From contig MNYS01000002.1 of assembly GCA_001873215.1 (NCBI GenBank), positions 28,395-92,394 on the forward strand: DNA of 64,000 nucleotides. Reading direction: 5' to 3'. The notes beneath the pieces were generated by a model. The model was not told the DNA's origin. It searched no databases and saw nothing but the letters and a program-made list of their open reading frames with translations. Both the position numbers and the translations under genes were made by a program. This stretch comes from Candidatus Levybacteria bacterium CG2_30_37_29. GTDB lineage: Bacteria; Patescibacteriota; Microgenomatia; Levybacterales; GWA1-39-11. Of the stretch, positions 9,414 through 18,144 are shown one piece after another; position 1 is the stretch's first letter, and each line of letters starts with the position of its first letter.

Positions 9414-9997
9414 AAAATTTTGCTGCCCACGCCATTTCATTCATTTGTCATCCTTCTTTTGTTGCAATCCTGGCTACATTTTTAATTACTCTTCACAGCT
9501 ATAAAAATCTTACAGCCGCATTTATGTGGGCATTTGTTATGGTATTTATTGTATTGGTTGTATTTTTCTTCGAGTTATATGGAATAAAAAAAGGTTTTTT
9601 TTCAGACTTGGATGTTTCAAAAAGAAATCAGCGCCGCCCCCTTTTTATATTTGTTTTTATGATGGTAATTATATTTATGGGAAGTATTTATTTGTTTCAT
9701 GGACCAATGGATCTTTTGGCAGGAGGAATATATATTATAGCTGGAATTGTGATATTTATCCTTGTGAACAGGCAAATAAAGGCAAGCGTGCATGTTGGAG
9801 CTCTTTCTGCATTTTTTGTTTCTATGGCGTTATTATTTGGTGGTATATTTTATCTTGGGCTTTTGTTTATTCCTCTTATATCATGGTCACGTGTGGTTTT
9901 ACACAGACACACTATTCCTGAAGTTGTGGTAGGTGCTTCTTTAGGAATAAGTCTAACCGTGGTTATTTACATTGTGATACAATATTTTAATCTATGA
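9410..9997 (+). CDS. PAP2-family membrane phosphatase (candidate undecaprenyl/phosphatidyl pyrophosphate phosphatase)
   Basis: Multi-TM protein. KRNQRRP (KxnRP-like) and SRVVLHRHTIPE (SRx5Hx3D/E-like) resemble PAP2 motifs 1 and 3. Translationally coupled to dgkA. Confidence 0.6.
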   Translation: MKNFAAHAISFICHPSFVAILATFLITLHSYKNLTAAFMWAFVMVFIVLVVFFFELYGIKKGFFSDLDVSKRNQRRPLFIFVFMMVIIFMGSIYLFHGPMDLLAGGIYIIAGIVIFILVNRQIKASVHVGALSAFFVSMALLFGGIFYLGLLFIPLISWSRVVLHRHTIPEVVVGASLGISLTVVIYIVIQYFNL

Positions 9998-10365
9998 TTG
10001 AGCATAGGTCCCTTTTGCAATCTTTTCATCATGCTTGGGCAGGAGTTGTTTTTGCAGTAAAAAATAATCAAAACATAAGAATTCATTTTATTATTGCAGT
10101 ACTTGTTGTTATAGTTGGATTTGTTTTAAATGTAAGTGCATTTGAGATTGGAATCTTAGGAGTTATGATTTTGTTCGTTTTTTCAGCAGAAATGATAAAT
10201 ACAGCTATTGAGGAAATGACAAATTTAATTACCCGTGAGCACAGGGCAGAAGCAAAAATTGCAAAAGATGTTTCTGCAGGAATGGTTTTAGTTGTGTCGG
10301 TCGGAGCGGCAATGGTAGGAATACTTGTTTTTCTTCCACACATTCTTGAGTTGACAGGTATTTAA
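9994..10365 (+). CDS. dgkA: Diacylglycerol/undecaprenol kinase, prokaryotic DgkA family
   Basis: 123 aa with 3 TM helices. Signature SAEMINTAIEE, and a conserved layout with an N-terminal amphipathic helix. Confidence 0.8.
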   Translation: MIEHRSLLQSFHHAWAGVVFAVKNNQNIRIHFIIAVLVVIVGFVLNVSAFEIGILGVMILFVFSAEMINTAIEEMTNLITREHRAEAKIAKDVSAGMVLVVSVGAAMVGILVFLPHILELTGI

Positions 10366-10625
10366 TTTTTTCTTTCTGTTTTTGATTGATTTGTGGTAAG
10401 TGCCAAAATTTCAGAAAGCTTTTTTACAAATTTTTCTGCGTGTTGTCTACTCATTCCAAGACGTGTTACGACTTGAAGTTCAGAATTACTTCCGGGAATT
10501 TTTTGACAAACGTCAAAAGTAACCCCGTCCTCATTCACATTCATAAAAACAGTGTCTGTAAAAAGGATTGGAATATTATTTGAGTGAAGATGGAAATTAA
10601 GATTTTCTTCCGTTTTTTTTGCCAT
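10362..10625 (-). CDS. DUF3467-like small protein
   Basis: About 88 aa. The C-terminal SRQHAEKFVKKL resembles the DUF3467 TPQHAKRLLKAL motif. Start moved to MAKKTEE. Confidence 0.45.
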   Translation of the reverse strand: MAKKTEENLNFHLHSNNIPILFTDTVFMNVNEDGVTFDVCQKIPGSNSELQVVTRLGMSRQHAEKFVKKLSEILALTTNQSKTERKN

Positions 10626-10642
10626 TTTTATCACCCCTTTTT

Positions 10643-10981
10643 TTATCTAAGTGTAGCCCCGGGTTTAACTTTTGTTGCAGGTTTAATAAGAGCCGGTTTG
10701 TCAGTGTTTGTTGCAAGTATCATAGCGTGACTTTCAAGTCCCATCATTTTTCGCGGTTCAAGATTTGTTGCAAAAATGAAAGATTTTCCAATTAAATCTT
10801 TTGGGCTGTACCATTTTGCAATTCCCGACAAAACCTGCCTGCCGGCAGGCAGGCCTACCTCGTTTTCTTCTCCAAAATCAACTTGAAGTTTTAGCAATTT
10901 TTCAGAATCTTTAATTGGTTCAGCAGATAGAATTTTCCCAACTTTTAATTCGACTTTTGCGAAATCATCAAAATTTATCAC
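10643..10981 (-). CDS. tRNA-binding protein (CsaA/Trbp111/EMAP-like OB-fold domain)
   Basis: DFAKVELKVGKI...DFGEE...RQVLSGIA...GKSFIFATNL matches the tRNA-binding-domain family. Contains the 20-nt palindrome encoding LPAGRQ. Confidence 0.8.
   Translation of the reverse strand: MINFDDFAKVELKVGKILSAEPIKDSEKLLKLQVDFGEENEVGLPAGRQVLSGIAKWYSPKDLIGKSFIFATNLEPRKMMGLESHAMILATNTDKPALIKPATKVKPGATLR
10834..10853. repeat. Perfect 20-nt palindrome CCTGCCTGCCGGCAGGCAGG, in frame inside the tRNA-binding protein gene (encodes LPAGRQ)
   Basis: Read directly from the sequence. A GC-rich island within an AT-rich CDS. Identical to the copy at 13138-13157. Confidence 0.9.
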
Positions 10982-11032
10982 TTTTTAATTATATCACCAA
11001 TTTTTAACTTTAAACTTTACACTTTTAACTAT

Positions 11033-12559
11033 TTATTCCCACTCCATAGTCGCGGGGGGTTTTGTGGTTATATCATAAACGACGCGGGAAATTCCCGGGA
11101 CTTCATTTACGATTCTTGAGGAAATTACTTGTAGTAGGTCATATTCCAATCGCGACCACGTTGTTGTCATAATGTCCTTTGACTCAATAATTCGAAGTGC
11201 AACAACTTCACCAAAAAATCTTCCATCTCCTTTTACAGCTGTTGAGTGTGCATCAGTCATTACAGGAAAAGAAATAAAAACTTTAGGAAGCCATCCTGCC
11301 TTTTCCAGTTCTTTAATTACGATCTTATCTGCTTGTCTCTCTTTTGATAAACGATCAGCTGTTACTTCTCCTCTAATTCGAATCGCGTATCCAGGACCGG
11401 GAAAGGGTTGTTTCATAACAATATTTTCAGGTAAACCAATTTTTCTCCCCAATACTCTAACTTCATCTTTATATAATTCTCGAAGCGGTTCCAATAGTTG
11501 TAGTTTCATTTCCTTGGGAAGTCCACCTACATTGTGATGGCTTTTAATCTTGCTTGCGTGTTTTGTTCCTTTTGATTCGATTACGTCAGAGTAAATAGTT
11601 CCTTGAAGCAAGAATTTTACAGCTTGATTTTTTAAAACAAGACGTTTCATTTCGCGTTCGAATACTTCAACATAAAAATTTCCAATAGCCTTTCTCTTTT
11701 TCTCACTATCTGTAATACCCTTTAGCTTTCTTAGCATTTCGGGTTCAACATGAACAACTACAGGTTTAATTCTCAGAGGCTTGAAAGCTGTTGTGACTGT
11801 AAGTTCTGCGTCATCCCTCATAAGACCGTTATTAACAAAAACCGGTATAAATTGCTTTCCGATAGCTTTTGCAACAAGTGTTCCGGCAACTGTCGAATCT
11901 ACCCCGCCAGAAACAGCACCGATAACGTATGCATTACCGACTTTTTGTTTAATATCTTGAATTATTGTTTTGGGATCTATCGTATGATTAATTTTTTTAA
12001 TACCGCAGATACTAATAAAATTATCAAGAATTTGGTTTCCAAACTCCGTATGTTCGACTTCGGGATGGAATTGGACTCCGTACTTCTTATTTTTCTCATC
12101 TGTGACAAATGCATAGCGTACATTTTCACTTGATCCGACAATGGTAAAGTTTTTAGGAATAGAAAGAACCGAATCTCCGTGGCTCATCCATACAGTAAGT
12201 GTTTTGGGTAGACCCTTGGTAATCTTTGAATCCTGTTTGACCAGCTTTATTTTAACCGGACCATATTCTTTAGTTCCCGGTTTTACTTTACCGCCCAAAA
12301 GGTGAGATCTAAGCTGAAGCCCGTAGCAAATATCAAGCATCGGTATATTAAGAGAAAAAACCTTTTTATCAATCGTTGGTGAATTTTTTTCATAAACCGA
12401 TGCAGGTCCTCCTGAAAATATCAGTCCTTGTGGTTTTACTTTTTCAATTTCTGACAATGCGTTTTCAGGTTCTATAAGATGCGTTGAAACTCCAAGATCG
12501 CGTAGGCGACGGGATATAAGGTGTGCTGTTTGTCCGCCAAAATCAACAATTATAATCAT
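11033..12559 (-). CDS. guaA: GMP synthase (glutamine-hydrolysing)
   Basis: N-terminal class I glutamine amidotransferase (IIIVDFGGQ, catalytic ICYGLQL). ATP-PPase SGGVDS motif. C-terminal dimerisation domain. 508 aa. Confidence 0.9.
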   Translation of the reverse strand: MIIIVDFGGQTAHLISRRLRDLGVSTHLIEPENALSEIEKVKPQGLIFSGGPASVYEKNSPTIDKKVFSLNIPMLDICYGLQLRSHLLGGKVKPGTKEYGPVKIKLVKQDSKITKGLPKTLTVWMSHGDSVLSIPKNFTIVGSSENVRYAFVTDEKNKKYGVQFHPEVEHTEFGNQILDNFISICGIKKINHTIDPKTIIQDIKQKVGNAYVIGAVSGGVDSTVAGTLVAKAIGKQFIPVFVNNGLMRDDAELTVTTAFKPLRIKPVVVHVEPEMLRKLKGITDSEKKRKAIGNFYVEVFEREMKRLVLKNQAVKFLLQGTIYSDVIESKGTKHASKIKSHHNVGGLPKEMKLQLLEPLRELYKDEVRVLGRKIGLPENIVMKQPFPGPGYAIRIRGEVTADRLSKERQADKIVIKELEKAGWLPKVFISFPVMTDAHSTAVKGDGRFFGEVVALRIIESKDIMTTTWSRLEYDLLQVISSRIVNEVPGISRVVYDITTKPPATMEWE

Positions 12560-12607
12560 GTTAAATATATTTACTAAAGATACTCGTTGCGCTCGTTTTT
12601 TGCTTCG

Positions 12608-13786
12608 CTACAAATAGTTTTTCCCCGGCTCAGTAACAAAAATATCGTGGGGATGACTTTCTTGAAGGGAAGATTGAGTAATTTGGATAAATTTTGCTTT
12701 TTCCCAAAGATCAAGAATTGTTTTTGCCCCCACATAATACATTCCGGATTTAATTCCCCCAATTGCTTGTTCAACGAGTTCTGTAACCGTTCCTTTCACA
12801 GGAACTAGCCCTTCAACCCCTTCTGCAACAAGAACTCTATCAGAGTAGCTTTTTCCGTGAAATTCTCCCTCAGATTTTATTTTTGCGCCTCGCTCCATAG
12901 CACCGATTGATCCCATTCCACGATACTCTTTGAACATGTATGTTTTGTGTTTTCTAAAAATACTTTTAAAACGAGAAGGGACCTGCGATTCGGAAAACCG
13001 TGTAGTTTTGCCGGGAGATTCTTCACATGTAGCAAAAAAGGATCCCATCATAACGGTTGACGCTCCAACAGCAAGTGCTTTTACAATGTCTCCAGAATAC
13101 TGAATTCCACCGTCCGCAATTACAGGAATATTTGTCTCCTGCCTGCCGGCAGGCAGGTTTCGTGCCGCGCGCACAACTTCAGTAATAGCAGTAATTTGAG
13201 GTACTCCAATTCCCGAAATTACTCGAGTGGTACAAATTGCACCCGGCCCCATACCGACGCGTAGGCAATCCGCTCCTGCACGAATTAGAGCGGAAGCTCC
13301 TTCATGCGTTGCAACACTTCCGCAAATTACATCTATTTTAAAATTGTTCTTTATGGAAGTTAGTGTTTCAATAACGCTTTTTGAAAACCCGTGTGCTGAA
13401 TCTATAACAATTACATCAACGCCTGCTTTCATCAGGGTTTCAACACGTTTTTCAAATCCGTTATTGGCTCCAATTGCCGCACCGACAAGCAATGTTTGGC
13501 CTGTCGAAGTATCTTTTTTTACTTTTCTCACTTCATTTGCTTGTTTTTCTATTGGTAAATTTCGGTGAATTATTCCAATTCCTCCAAGTTTTCCAAGAGC
13601 AATTGCAAGCTTTGATTCGGTAACCGTATCCATGGGAGAAGAAATAAATGGGATAGAAAGAGAAATATTCTTTGTAAGTTTTGTTGAAAGGTCAATTTTT
13701 TCGCGGGGAAAGTCAGTGTAATTTGGAAGAAGAAGAATGTCGTTAAAAGTAAGGCCTACTAAGAAATCTTTTTTTTGGAGTACCAT
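12608..13786 (-). CDS. guaB: IMP dehydrogenase, CBS (Bateman) domain-less form
   Basis: [12 protein letters not shown]-terminus, catalytic GIGVPQITA and [23 protein letters not shown], active-site Cys loop [10 protein letters not shown]. 392 aa: the roughly 110-aa CBS pair is missing between EVRKVKK and LLVGAAIG. Contains the 20-nt palindrome encoding LPAGRQ. Confidence 0.85.
   Translation of the reverse strand: MVLQKKDFLVGLTFNDILLLPNYTDFPREKIDLSTKLTKNISLSIPFISSPMDTVTESKLAIALGKLGGIGIIHRNLPIEKQANEVRKVKKDTSTGQTLLVGAAIGANNGFEKRVETLMKAGVDVIVIDSAHGFSKSVIETLTSIKNNFKIDVICGSVATHEGASALIRAGADCLRVGMGPGAICTTRVISGIGVPQITAITEVVRAARNLPAGRQETNIPVIADGGIQYSGDIVKALAVGASTVMMGSFFATCEESPGKTTRFSESQVPSRFKSIFRKHKTYMFKEYRGMGSIGAMERGAKIKSEGEFHGKSYSDRVLVAEGVEGLVPVKGTVTELVEQAIGGIKSGMYYVGAKTILDLWEKAKFIQITQSSLQESHPHDIFVTEPGKNYL
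13138..13157. repeat. Perfect 20-nt palindrome CCTGCCTGCCGGCAGGCAGG, in frame inside guaB (encodes LPAGRQ)
   Basis: Read directly from the sequence. Lies in the loop just N-terminal to IPVIADGG, where this protein has about 4-6 more residues than E. coli GuaB. Confidence 0.9.
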
Positions 13787-13791
13787 AATTT

Positions 13792-13820
13792 ATATTACAG
13801 AAGTGTACTTTTATTGTCAA
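13792..13820 (-). promoter_or_regulatory. Consensus sigma70-type promoter (TTGACA-17 nt-TAATAT) ending 5 nt before the guaB ATG
   Basis: The minus strand reads TTGACAATAAAAGTACACTTCTGTAATATAAATT then ATG. Implies a leaderless guaB-guaA transcript. Confidence 0.45.
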
Positions 13821-13843
13821 TGGAGAGTTTTTATCCACCTTCG

Positions 13844-13870
13844 CAGAAAACCCCGATTTAATCGGGGATA
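13844..13870 (-). terminator. Rho-independent terminator (CCCCGATTAAATCGGGG followed by TTTTCT) downstream of the methyltransferase gene
   Basis: The minus strand reads ATCCCCGATTAAATCGGGGTTTTCTGC: a 7-bp GC-rich stem, 3-nt loop and U-run. A second perfect hairpin, CCGCGGGTgtcaACCCGCGG, lies at 13930-13949 right after the stop codon. Confidence 0.55.
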
Positions 13871-13953
13871 AATGCTAAGAAATTTCTGCTTCGGCGGATT
13901 TCGCTCAGCCGGACAAAGTGGAGAAGATACCGCGGGTGTCAACCCGCGGAGCT

Positions 13954-14742
13954 TCATTTCGTTGCCTTTAAGGAAAATAAAAGCGGAATTTGAATTTTTT
14001 TATTTTTTAAGACATATTGACCTTTTTTATTTTTTTCCATAAATCCTGGGAATTGGTCATACATACTAAAAGGAAATTCATGCATGTATTCTATTTTTAA
14101 CCCATTATTTACTAGTGCGTTTATCACGTCTCCTATGGTATATCTCCATTCATATGTTACGCCCTTTGCCTTTTCCCAATCTATGTATGTTCCCGAATCA
14201 TCCATGTCAGGTCCCCTATCGAAGTATTTATACAATAATTTAAAATCGTAACTTAAAATATTGGTGAAAGGATGAACCTCAACAATATAAAATATTCCTC
14301 CATCACAAAGAAAATTATTTATAATTTCGGCGAATTTCTTAATATTTGATAGCCATAAAAGTACACCGTATGAAGCAAAAATAATGTCAAATTTTTTATC
14401 AAGAATTTTTGGTAGCTCGTATATGTCAGAGCAGATAAATGTTGAGGGAATACCGGTTTGCCGGCTTAATTTTTTGGCAAGTCTTATTGAGCTGTCTGAA
14501 ATATCAACGCCAGTTGTTATCGCTCCTTTTCTTGCCCAAGACAATGTATCCATGCCAAAATGACAGAGCAGATGCAAAAGAGTTTTTCCACGTACTTTTC
14601 CCAATTCGTCAATTTCTATAGATTGAAGACTTGTTTTTCCTTTTATAAACCTTGGGATGTCGTAGAATTTGGAACCGGCGTGGGCAGGGGTGGCATTATT
14701 CCACCATTTTCTGTTTATCGCGGCGTAATCCTTCACTAACAC
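13954..14742 (-). CDS. Class I SAM-dependent methyltransferase
   Basis: Motif I-like LLHLLCHFGMDTLSWARKGAITTGVDIS and a Rossmann-fold pattern (DIIFAS..., GGIFYI). 262 aa. Confidence 0.7.
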   Translation of the reverse strand: MLVKDYAAINRKWWNNATPAHAGSKFYDIPRFIKGKTSLQSIEIDELGKVRGKTLLHLLCHFGMDTLSWARKGAITTGVDISDSSIRLAKKLSRQTGIPSTFICSDIYELPKILDKKFDIIFASYGVLLWLSNIKKFAEIINNFLCDGGIFYIVEVHPFTNILSYDFKLLYKYFDRGPDMDDSGTYIDWEKAKGVTYEWRYTIGDVINALVNNGLKIEYMHEFPFSMYDQFPGFMEKNKKGQYVLKNKKIQIPLLFSLKATK

Positions 14743-14789
14743 AAATATTACTCATTTTTTATTTTTATGTCAAACAATCACCTAATAAG

Positions 14790-15380
14790 TTACAGTAGTT
14801 CTCTTGTGGCTTGGTGAATTGTATTCAAATATTTTTTGTTTCCTATCTCGTGTTTTGTTTTTGAAATTCTGATTAAATGTTTCTTTTTAGATGAAATTTG
14901 ATTAAATGCGCCCGTTACGCGTTTTATCAATGTTCTTGCCTCTTGTGATCCGTAAAGCATAAGAATTTTTTTTGCTTTTATTTTTTTGGCAAGCGTTTCG
15001 CAATGCAATTTTGAAAAATCTTCATATCGTGATGTCATAAGCAAGGAGAGATTTTTATTTATTTTTCTCAAATCCTCTTTAAAGTATGGAGACAGAGAAC
15101 AAAGAATAAGTCCTTCAGAACGTACTTTTGTAGAAGCAATAAAAGCAATCATTGCGCCGTATGAAAATCCAAGTATATATTTTTTCTCTGCTTTTGTTTT
15201 TTTATAAAGCTTTAAGAAATATTCTGTATTTTGCGAAATTGTTGTATTTTTCCATGGAATATCTACAAGAATAGGGTAATAGCCTTCGCTTTTTAAAATT
15301 TTTGCAATATCAATATATGCTTTATTTGTTGGGTGTTGTGCAAAACCCGGGATAATAAAAATAGTCTTTTCCTGCGCCAT
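14790..15380 (-). CDS. Alpha/beta-hydrolase fold protein (putative esterase)
   Basis: Nucleophile elbow GFSYG (GxSxG) and an N-terminal IFIIPGF oxyanion region. 196 aa. Confidence 0.6.
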   Translation of the reverse strand: MAQEKTIFIIPGFAQHPTNKAYIDIAKILKSEGYYPILVDIPWKNTTISQNTEYFLKLYKKTKAEKKYILGFSYGAMIAFIASTKVRSEGLILCSLSPYFKEDLRKINKNLSLLMTSRYEDFSKLHCETLAKKIKAKKILMLYGSQEARTLIKRVTGAFNQISSKKKHLIRISKTKHEIGNKKYLNTIHQATRELL

Positions 15381-15452
15381 CCGCGGATTATAGCAAAGTT
15401 GAGGCTAAATGTCTATTTTGTATTGATTCTAAAACCCGTATTGTCGGTATGT

Positions 15453-15767
15453 TTAGCGGGTGAAAGTTACCAGGAGAATTATTGCAAGAAAGGTGATTAT
15501 TGAAAAGAAAGTTAGGGTTTGCGCAAGGAGTGATAATGCCTCTTTTTTCTTTCCGTCTATATACATAAGAGCTGGTTTTCCAAAGATTAAAAATCCGGTA
15601 ATTGAGGCAGACATTACAAGAAGTAAAAGCAGTACAATCGGGGCAAGAAAAGCATTTGTTTTTCCTATCTTTATTGAATTTCCGTAGTACATAAAACATC
15701 CTACGCCAACTATGTAAAGCGTAGTCAAGCCTGCATTTATAAGAGCCATTTTCCTAATCTTATTCAC
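15453..15767 (-). CDS. Small integral membrane protein (3 predicted TM helices)
   Basis: Hydrophobic segments read from the translation. Preferred over the overlapping alternative-frame ORF 15388..15699. Confidence 0.45.
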   Translation of the reverse strand: MNKIRKMALINAGLTTLYIVGVGCFMYYGNSIKIGKTNAFLAPIVLLLLLVMSASITGFLIFGKPALMYIDGKKKEALSLLAQTLTFFSIITFLAIILLVTFTR

Positions 15768-15802
15768 AATATTATTATACCACTTAGGGGAAAGAGAAAA
15801 TT

Positions 15803-16018
15803 TTATTCACTTATAAACTTAAAACGGTGAACTTTTTTACCATTTATTTCAACTTCTTCAAAAAACATTTTCATTGGACGTATCCAGAATTTACTTTTTG
15901 GATTTTTATATAGTGCTTCGTACACTACAAATTCTTCAAGCGTTTCGGAGTGTTTTGCTATAGCAATAACTCTGTAATAATTTCCTGTTTTAGAATGCTG
16001 ATATTTACCCAATTTCAT
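15803..16018 (-). CDS. DUF1653 family protein
   Basis: MKLGKYQHSKTGNYYRVIAIAKHSETLEEFVVYEALY...FWIRPMKMFFEEVEINGKKVHRFKF matches the DUF1653 consensus YRHYKG.YY.V...A.HSETLEE.VVY.ALY...W.RP..MF. Start set to the internal Met; the longer track ORF looks over-extended. Confidence 0.6.
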   Translation of the reverse strand: MKLGKYQHSKTGNYYRVIAIAKHSETLEEFVVYEALYKNPKSKFWIRPMKMFFEEVEINGKKVHRFKFISE

Positions 16019-16392
16019 CTGCAGAACGCACCACTTTAGACCCATTATATCACTCCCGGAAAAACCGTTTGCATAATCAAGATATAGGTCGATATGTGTT
16101 TTTATCAGTAGCGACTTGATACTTAGCAATTGCTTTATCTGTAATCTCTGACATATTTTATGCTTAATCATGTGGGTAGGGTTGCAGACCTGCCCGTCTT
16201 TGCTGCATAGATTGTATCCTGTGAGAACCTATTATGTCCAGCAGGTAATGCAGGTCGATTTGAATTACATCAACGCTATTCTACTCAACGAACAAGCCCA
16301 AGTATCGAATCAATATCAAGATAGAAGCACCGAATATTTAGTAGCAAGGAAGTATTAGAACCTAGTAAATAAGATGTATAATAAAGAGGAAT

Positions 16393-16923
16393 ATGATTCC
16401 ATTCCATCCTCATTTTCAATATGGCGCTGCAACAGATAATTGGACTGCGTGGGAGGCTATAGGTACTATTGCAGCAGCTACGGTATCTTTCTTTACGTTA
16501 CTTTTGCTTAGAAGTCAGCTCGAAAAAGAGCAAGAACCATTCGTTGTAGCCCGTGATGATGTTTCTTTCGAAAGTGGCAATTTCAAGATAAAGCTAAAAA
16601 ATGTAGGAAGAGGACCAGCTTTTAATATAACAGGTTGTCGAACATCAAATGAGAAAGAACGGAATGACGCTTTTTTTATGAGCAATCAACCTCATAGCAA
16701 AAATCTTTGTGCAAACAACGCTGATGCGGAAGGTGAAAAGCAATGGAGAATTGATAAATTTGTTATAGATTCACTAAAAGTGGATAAAACTAACAAGGAG
16801 ATTTATAAATACTTCTATTTTTTTTATGAGAGTCAATTGGGTTCGGTTTACCATACAAAAGTTAAGATAAAAAAAGATGGAGATAATTTTATAGTGATGG
16901 AGAATACGCGATTAAAATTATAG
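16393..16923 (+). CDS. Hypothetical protein with N-terminal TM helix (176 aa)
   Basis: TM helix AIGTIAAATVSFFTLLLL. No family recognised. Appears operonic with the downstream 307-aa protein (40-nt gap). Confidence 0.45.
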   Translation: MIPFHPHFQYGAATDNWTAWEAIGTIAAATVSFFTLLLLRSQLEKEQEPFVVARDDVSFESGNFKIKLKNVGRGPAFNITGCRTSNEKERNDAFFMSNQPHSKNLCANNADAEGEKQWRIDKFVIDSLKVDKTNKEIYKYFYFFYESQLGSVYHTKVKIKKDGDNFIVMENTRLKL

Positions 16924-16963
16924 AAAAGAATGCAGTAGTCTCCTTAAGCTATAATTCAACCAT

Positions 16964-17887
16964 ATGTCAGTAGTTGTGGGCTTCGGTTTTCCAGAAGAAG
17001 CAATACTCATAAGTGATAGTAGAGTTTCATTTGACGAGCCAAGGCTTGAGCCTCGTGATGAAATTAGAAAAATCTACCAGTTAGGCAAACATTTGACAGT
17101 TGGCTTCACCAGTCAGCATGTCCAATTTACATTAGAAATATTAAGGAGAATTACAAATTACTCGTTAAACAAATCAAAATCACAAGCTACTTTATATCTA
17201 TTAGACAAAGTTCCAAAAGTAGCAAGATATTTTTATAATCAGCTCTCTGAGAAGGTAGGATGGAAACCACCAATGGAAATAGTCTACGCTGGCGTTGTAA
17301 CCGACAGATACCTGGGTGTATCGGAGCAACTCATATTTGATTTAATGAAAAATAAAGGTGGCGGACATATTCCAACGAAAATTGCGATTGGCATGCAAAA
17401 TACCCAAAACGGGATTATGAATTTACCTCCCCCTTCTCCTGTCGTGACAAAACAAATTTTTCCCTCAGGCGAAATACTCCCGCTAGTCTCTCTTGGTTTC
17501 GTTGTATCTGGAACTGGTTCAGGAATCGCCAAGAAAATTCAGGAATCTGAAGCTGAATTGTTTTTCGCAGATTCCGAAATACCAATGAGATTATCTATGA
17601 TAAGAATGCTTTGCGATGATTACATTAAAGAGGCGAGTGTCGACACTATCGGAGGACTAGTTCAAATATTGAAAGTTAACGAAAAAGGTATTTTCCCAAT
17701 GATATACTCGCGTACAAATATTAGCCCAGAGGGTAAAGAGATTAAGGCTGAAACATTAAGTTTTGTTAATGGAGAATGGATTATGGAATATCACCAGACG
17801 GGGAAAATTATCCGTGTTAAACAAAATCCTTTAATTATGGATATAAAGAAAAATGTTAATGTTAAAAAACAGTCTTGGGCAGCCTGA
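16964..17887 (+). CDS. Hypothetical protein with an HslV/proteasome-beta-like (Ntn-hydrolase-like) N-terminal region
   Basis: MSVVVGFGFPEEAILISDSRVSF...IRKIYQLGKHLTVGFTSQHVQFTLEIL parallels HslV TTIVSVRR.G.VVIGGDGQ.S....KVRRLY.GKVLAGFAGGTADAFTLFE. Ser occupies the position that would be exposed after Met removal. Inference from pattern only. Confidence 0.4.
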   Translation: MSVVVGFGFPEEAILISDSRVSFDEPRLEPRDEIRKIYQLGKHLTVGFTSQHVQFTLEILRRITNYSLNKSKSQATLYLLDKVPKVARYFYNQLSEKVGWKPPMEIVYAGVVTDRYLGVSEQLIFDLMKNKGGGHIPTKIAIGMQNTQNGIMNLPPPSPVVTKQIFPSGEILPLVSLGFVVSGTGSGIAKKIQESEAELFFADSEIPMRLSMIRMLCDDYIKEASVDTIGGLVQILKVNEKGIFPMIYSRTNISPEGKEIKAETLSFVNGEWIMEYHQTGKIIRVKQNPLIMDIKKNVNVKKQSWAA

Positions 17888-18144
17888 TATACTAATAGTT
17901 AGTAACAAGACCGAAAGATAATCAACTATAGAAGTACCACTCGGAGTAACATTTTTCAAAAAAGTAGAGCTTTACCAAAAAATCGAGCTCTCTGAGGGAA
18001 TTATAGGGATAAATAGGCATCTCGGTCAGAAGCTATAGGTTATTTGGCTGGCACTGGTTGAGGATTTCAGAACTGCAAACTGGACTGAAATCATCAAATA
18101 TCCAGAGCTAGTATATCAAAAATCAGAAGGATATCTTCAGCTAT

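Noticed and set aside
9526-9921. Alternative-frame 131-aa ORF inside the PAP2 gene
   Set aside because: Same strand, different frame. Cys/Tyr-rich with no TM-helix periodicity. The PAP2 frame has recognisable motifs.
10083-10583. ORFs 10083..10343 (minus) and 10386..10583 (plus)
   Set aside because: Antisense to dgkA and to the DUF3467-like gene respectively. No supporting signals.
15388-15699. 103-aa minus-strand ORF overlapping the small membrane protein gene in another frame
   Set aside because: Cys-rich, non-hydrophobic translation. The overlapping 104-aa frame gives three clean TM helices and was preferred. Both are short, so confidence is modest.
16170-16358. 62-aa plus-strand ORF between DUF1653 and the first island gene
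   Set aside because: No start context or family. The region is noticeably more GC-rich and looks like a decayed gene fragment, possibly an element junction, rather than a live CDS.
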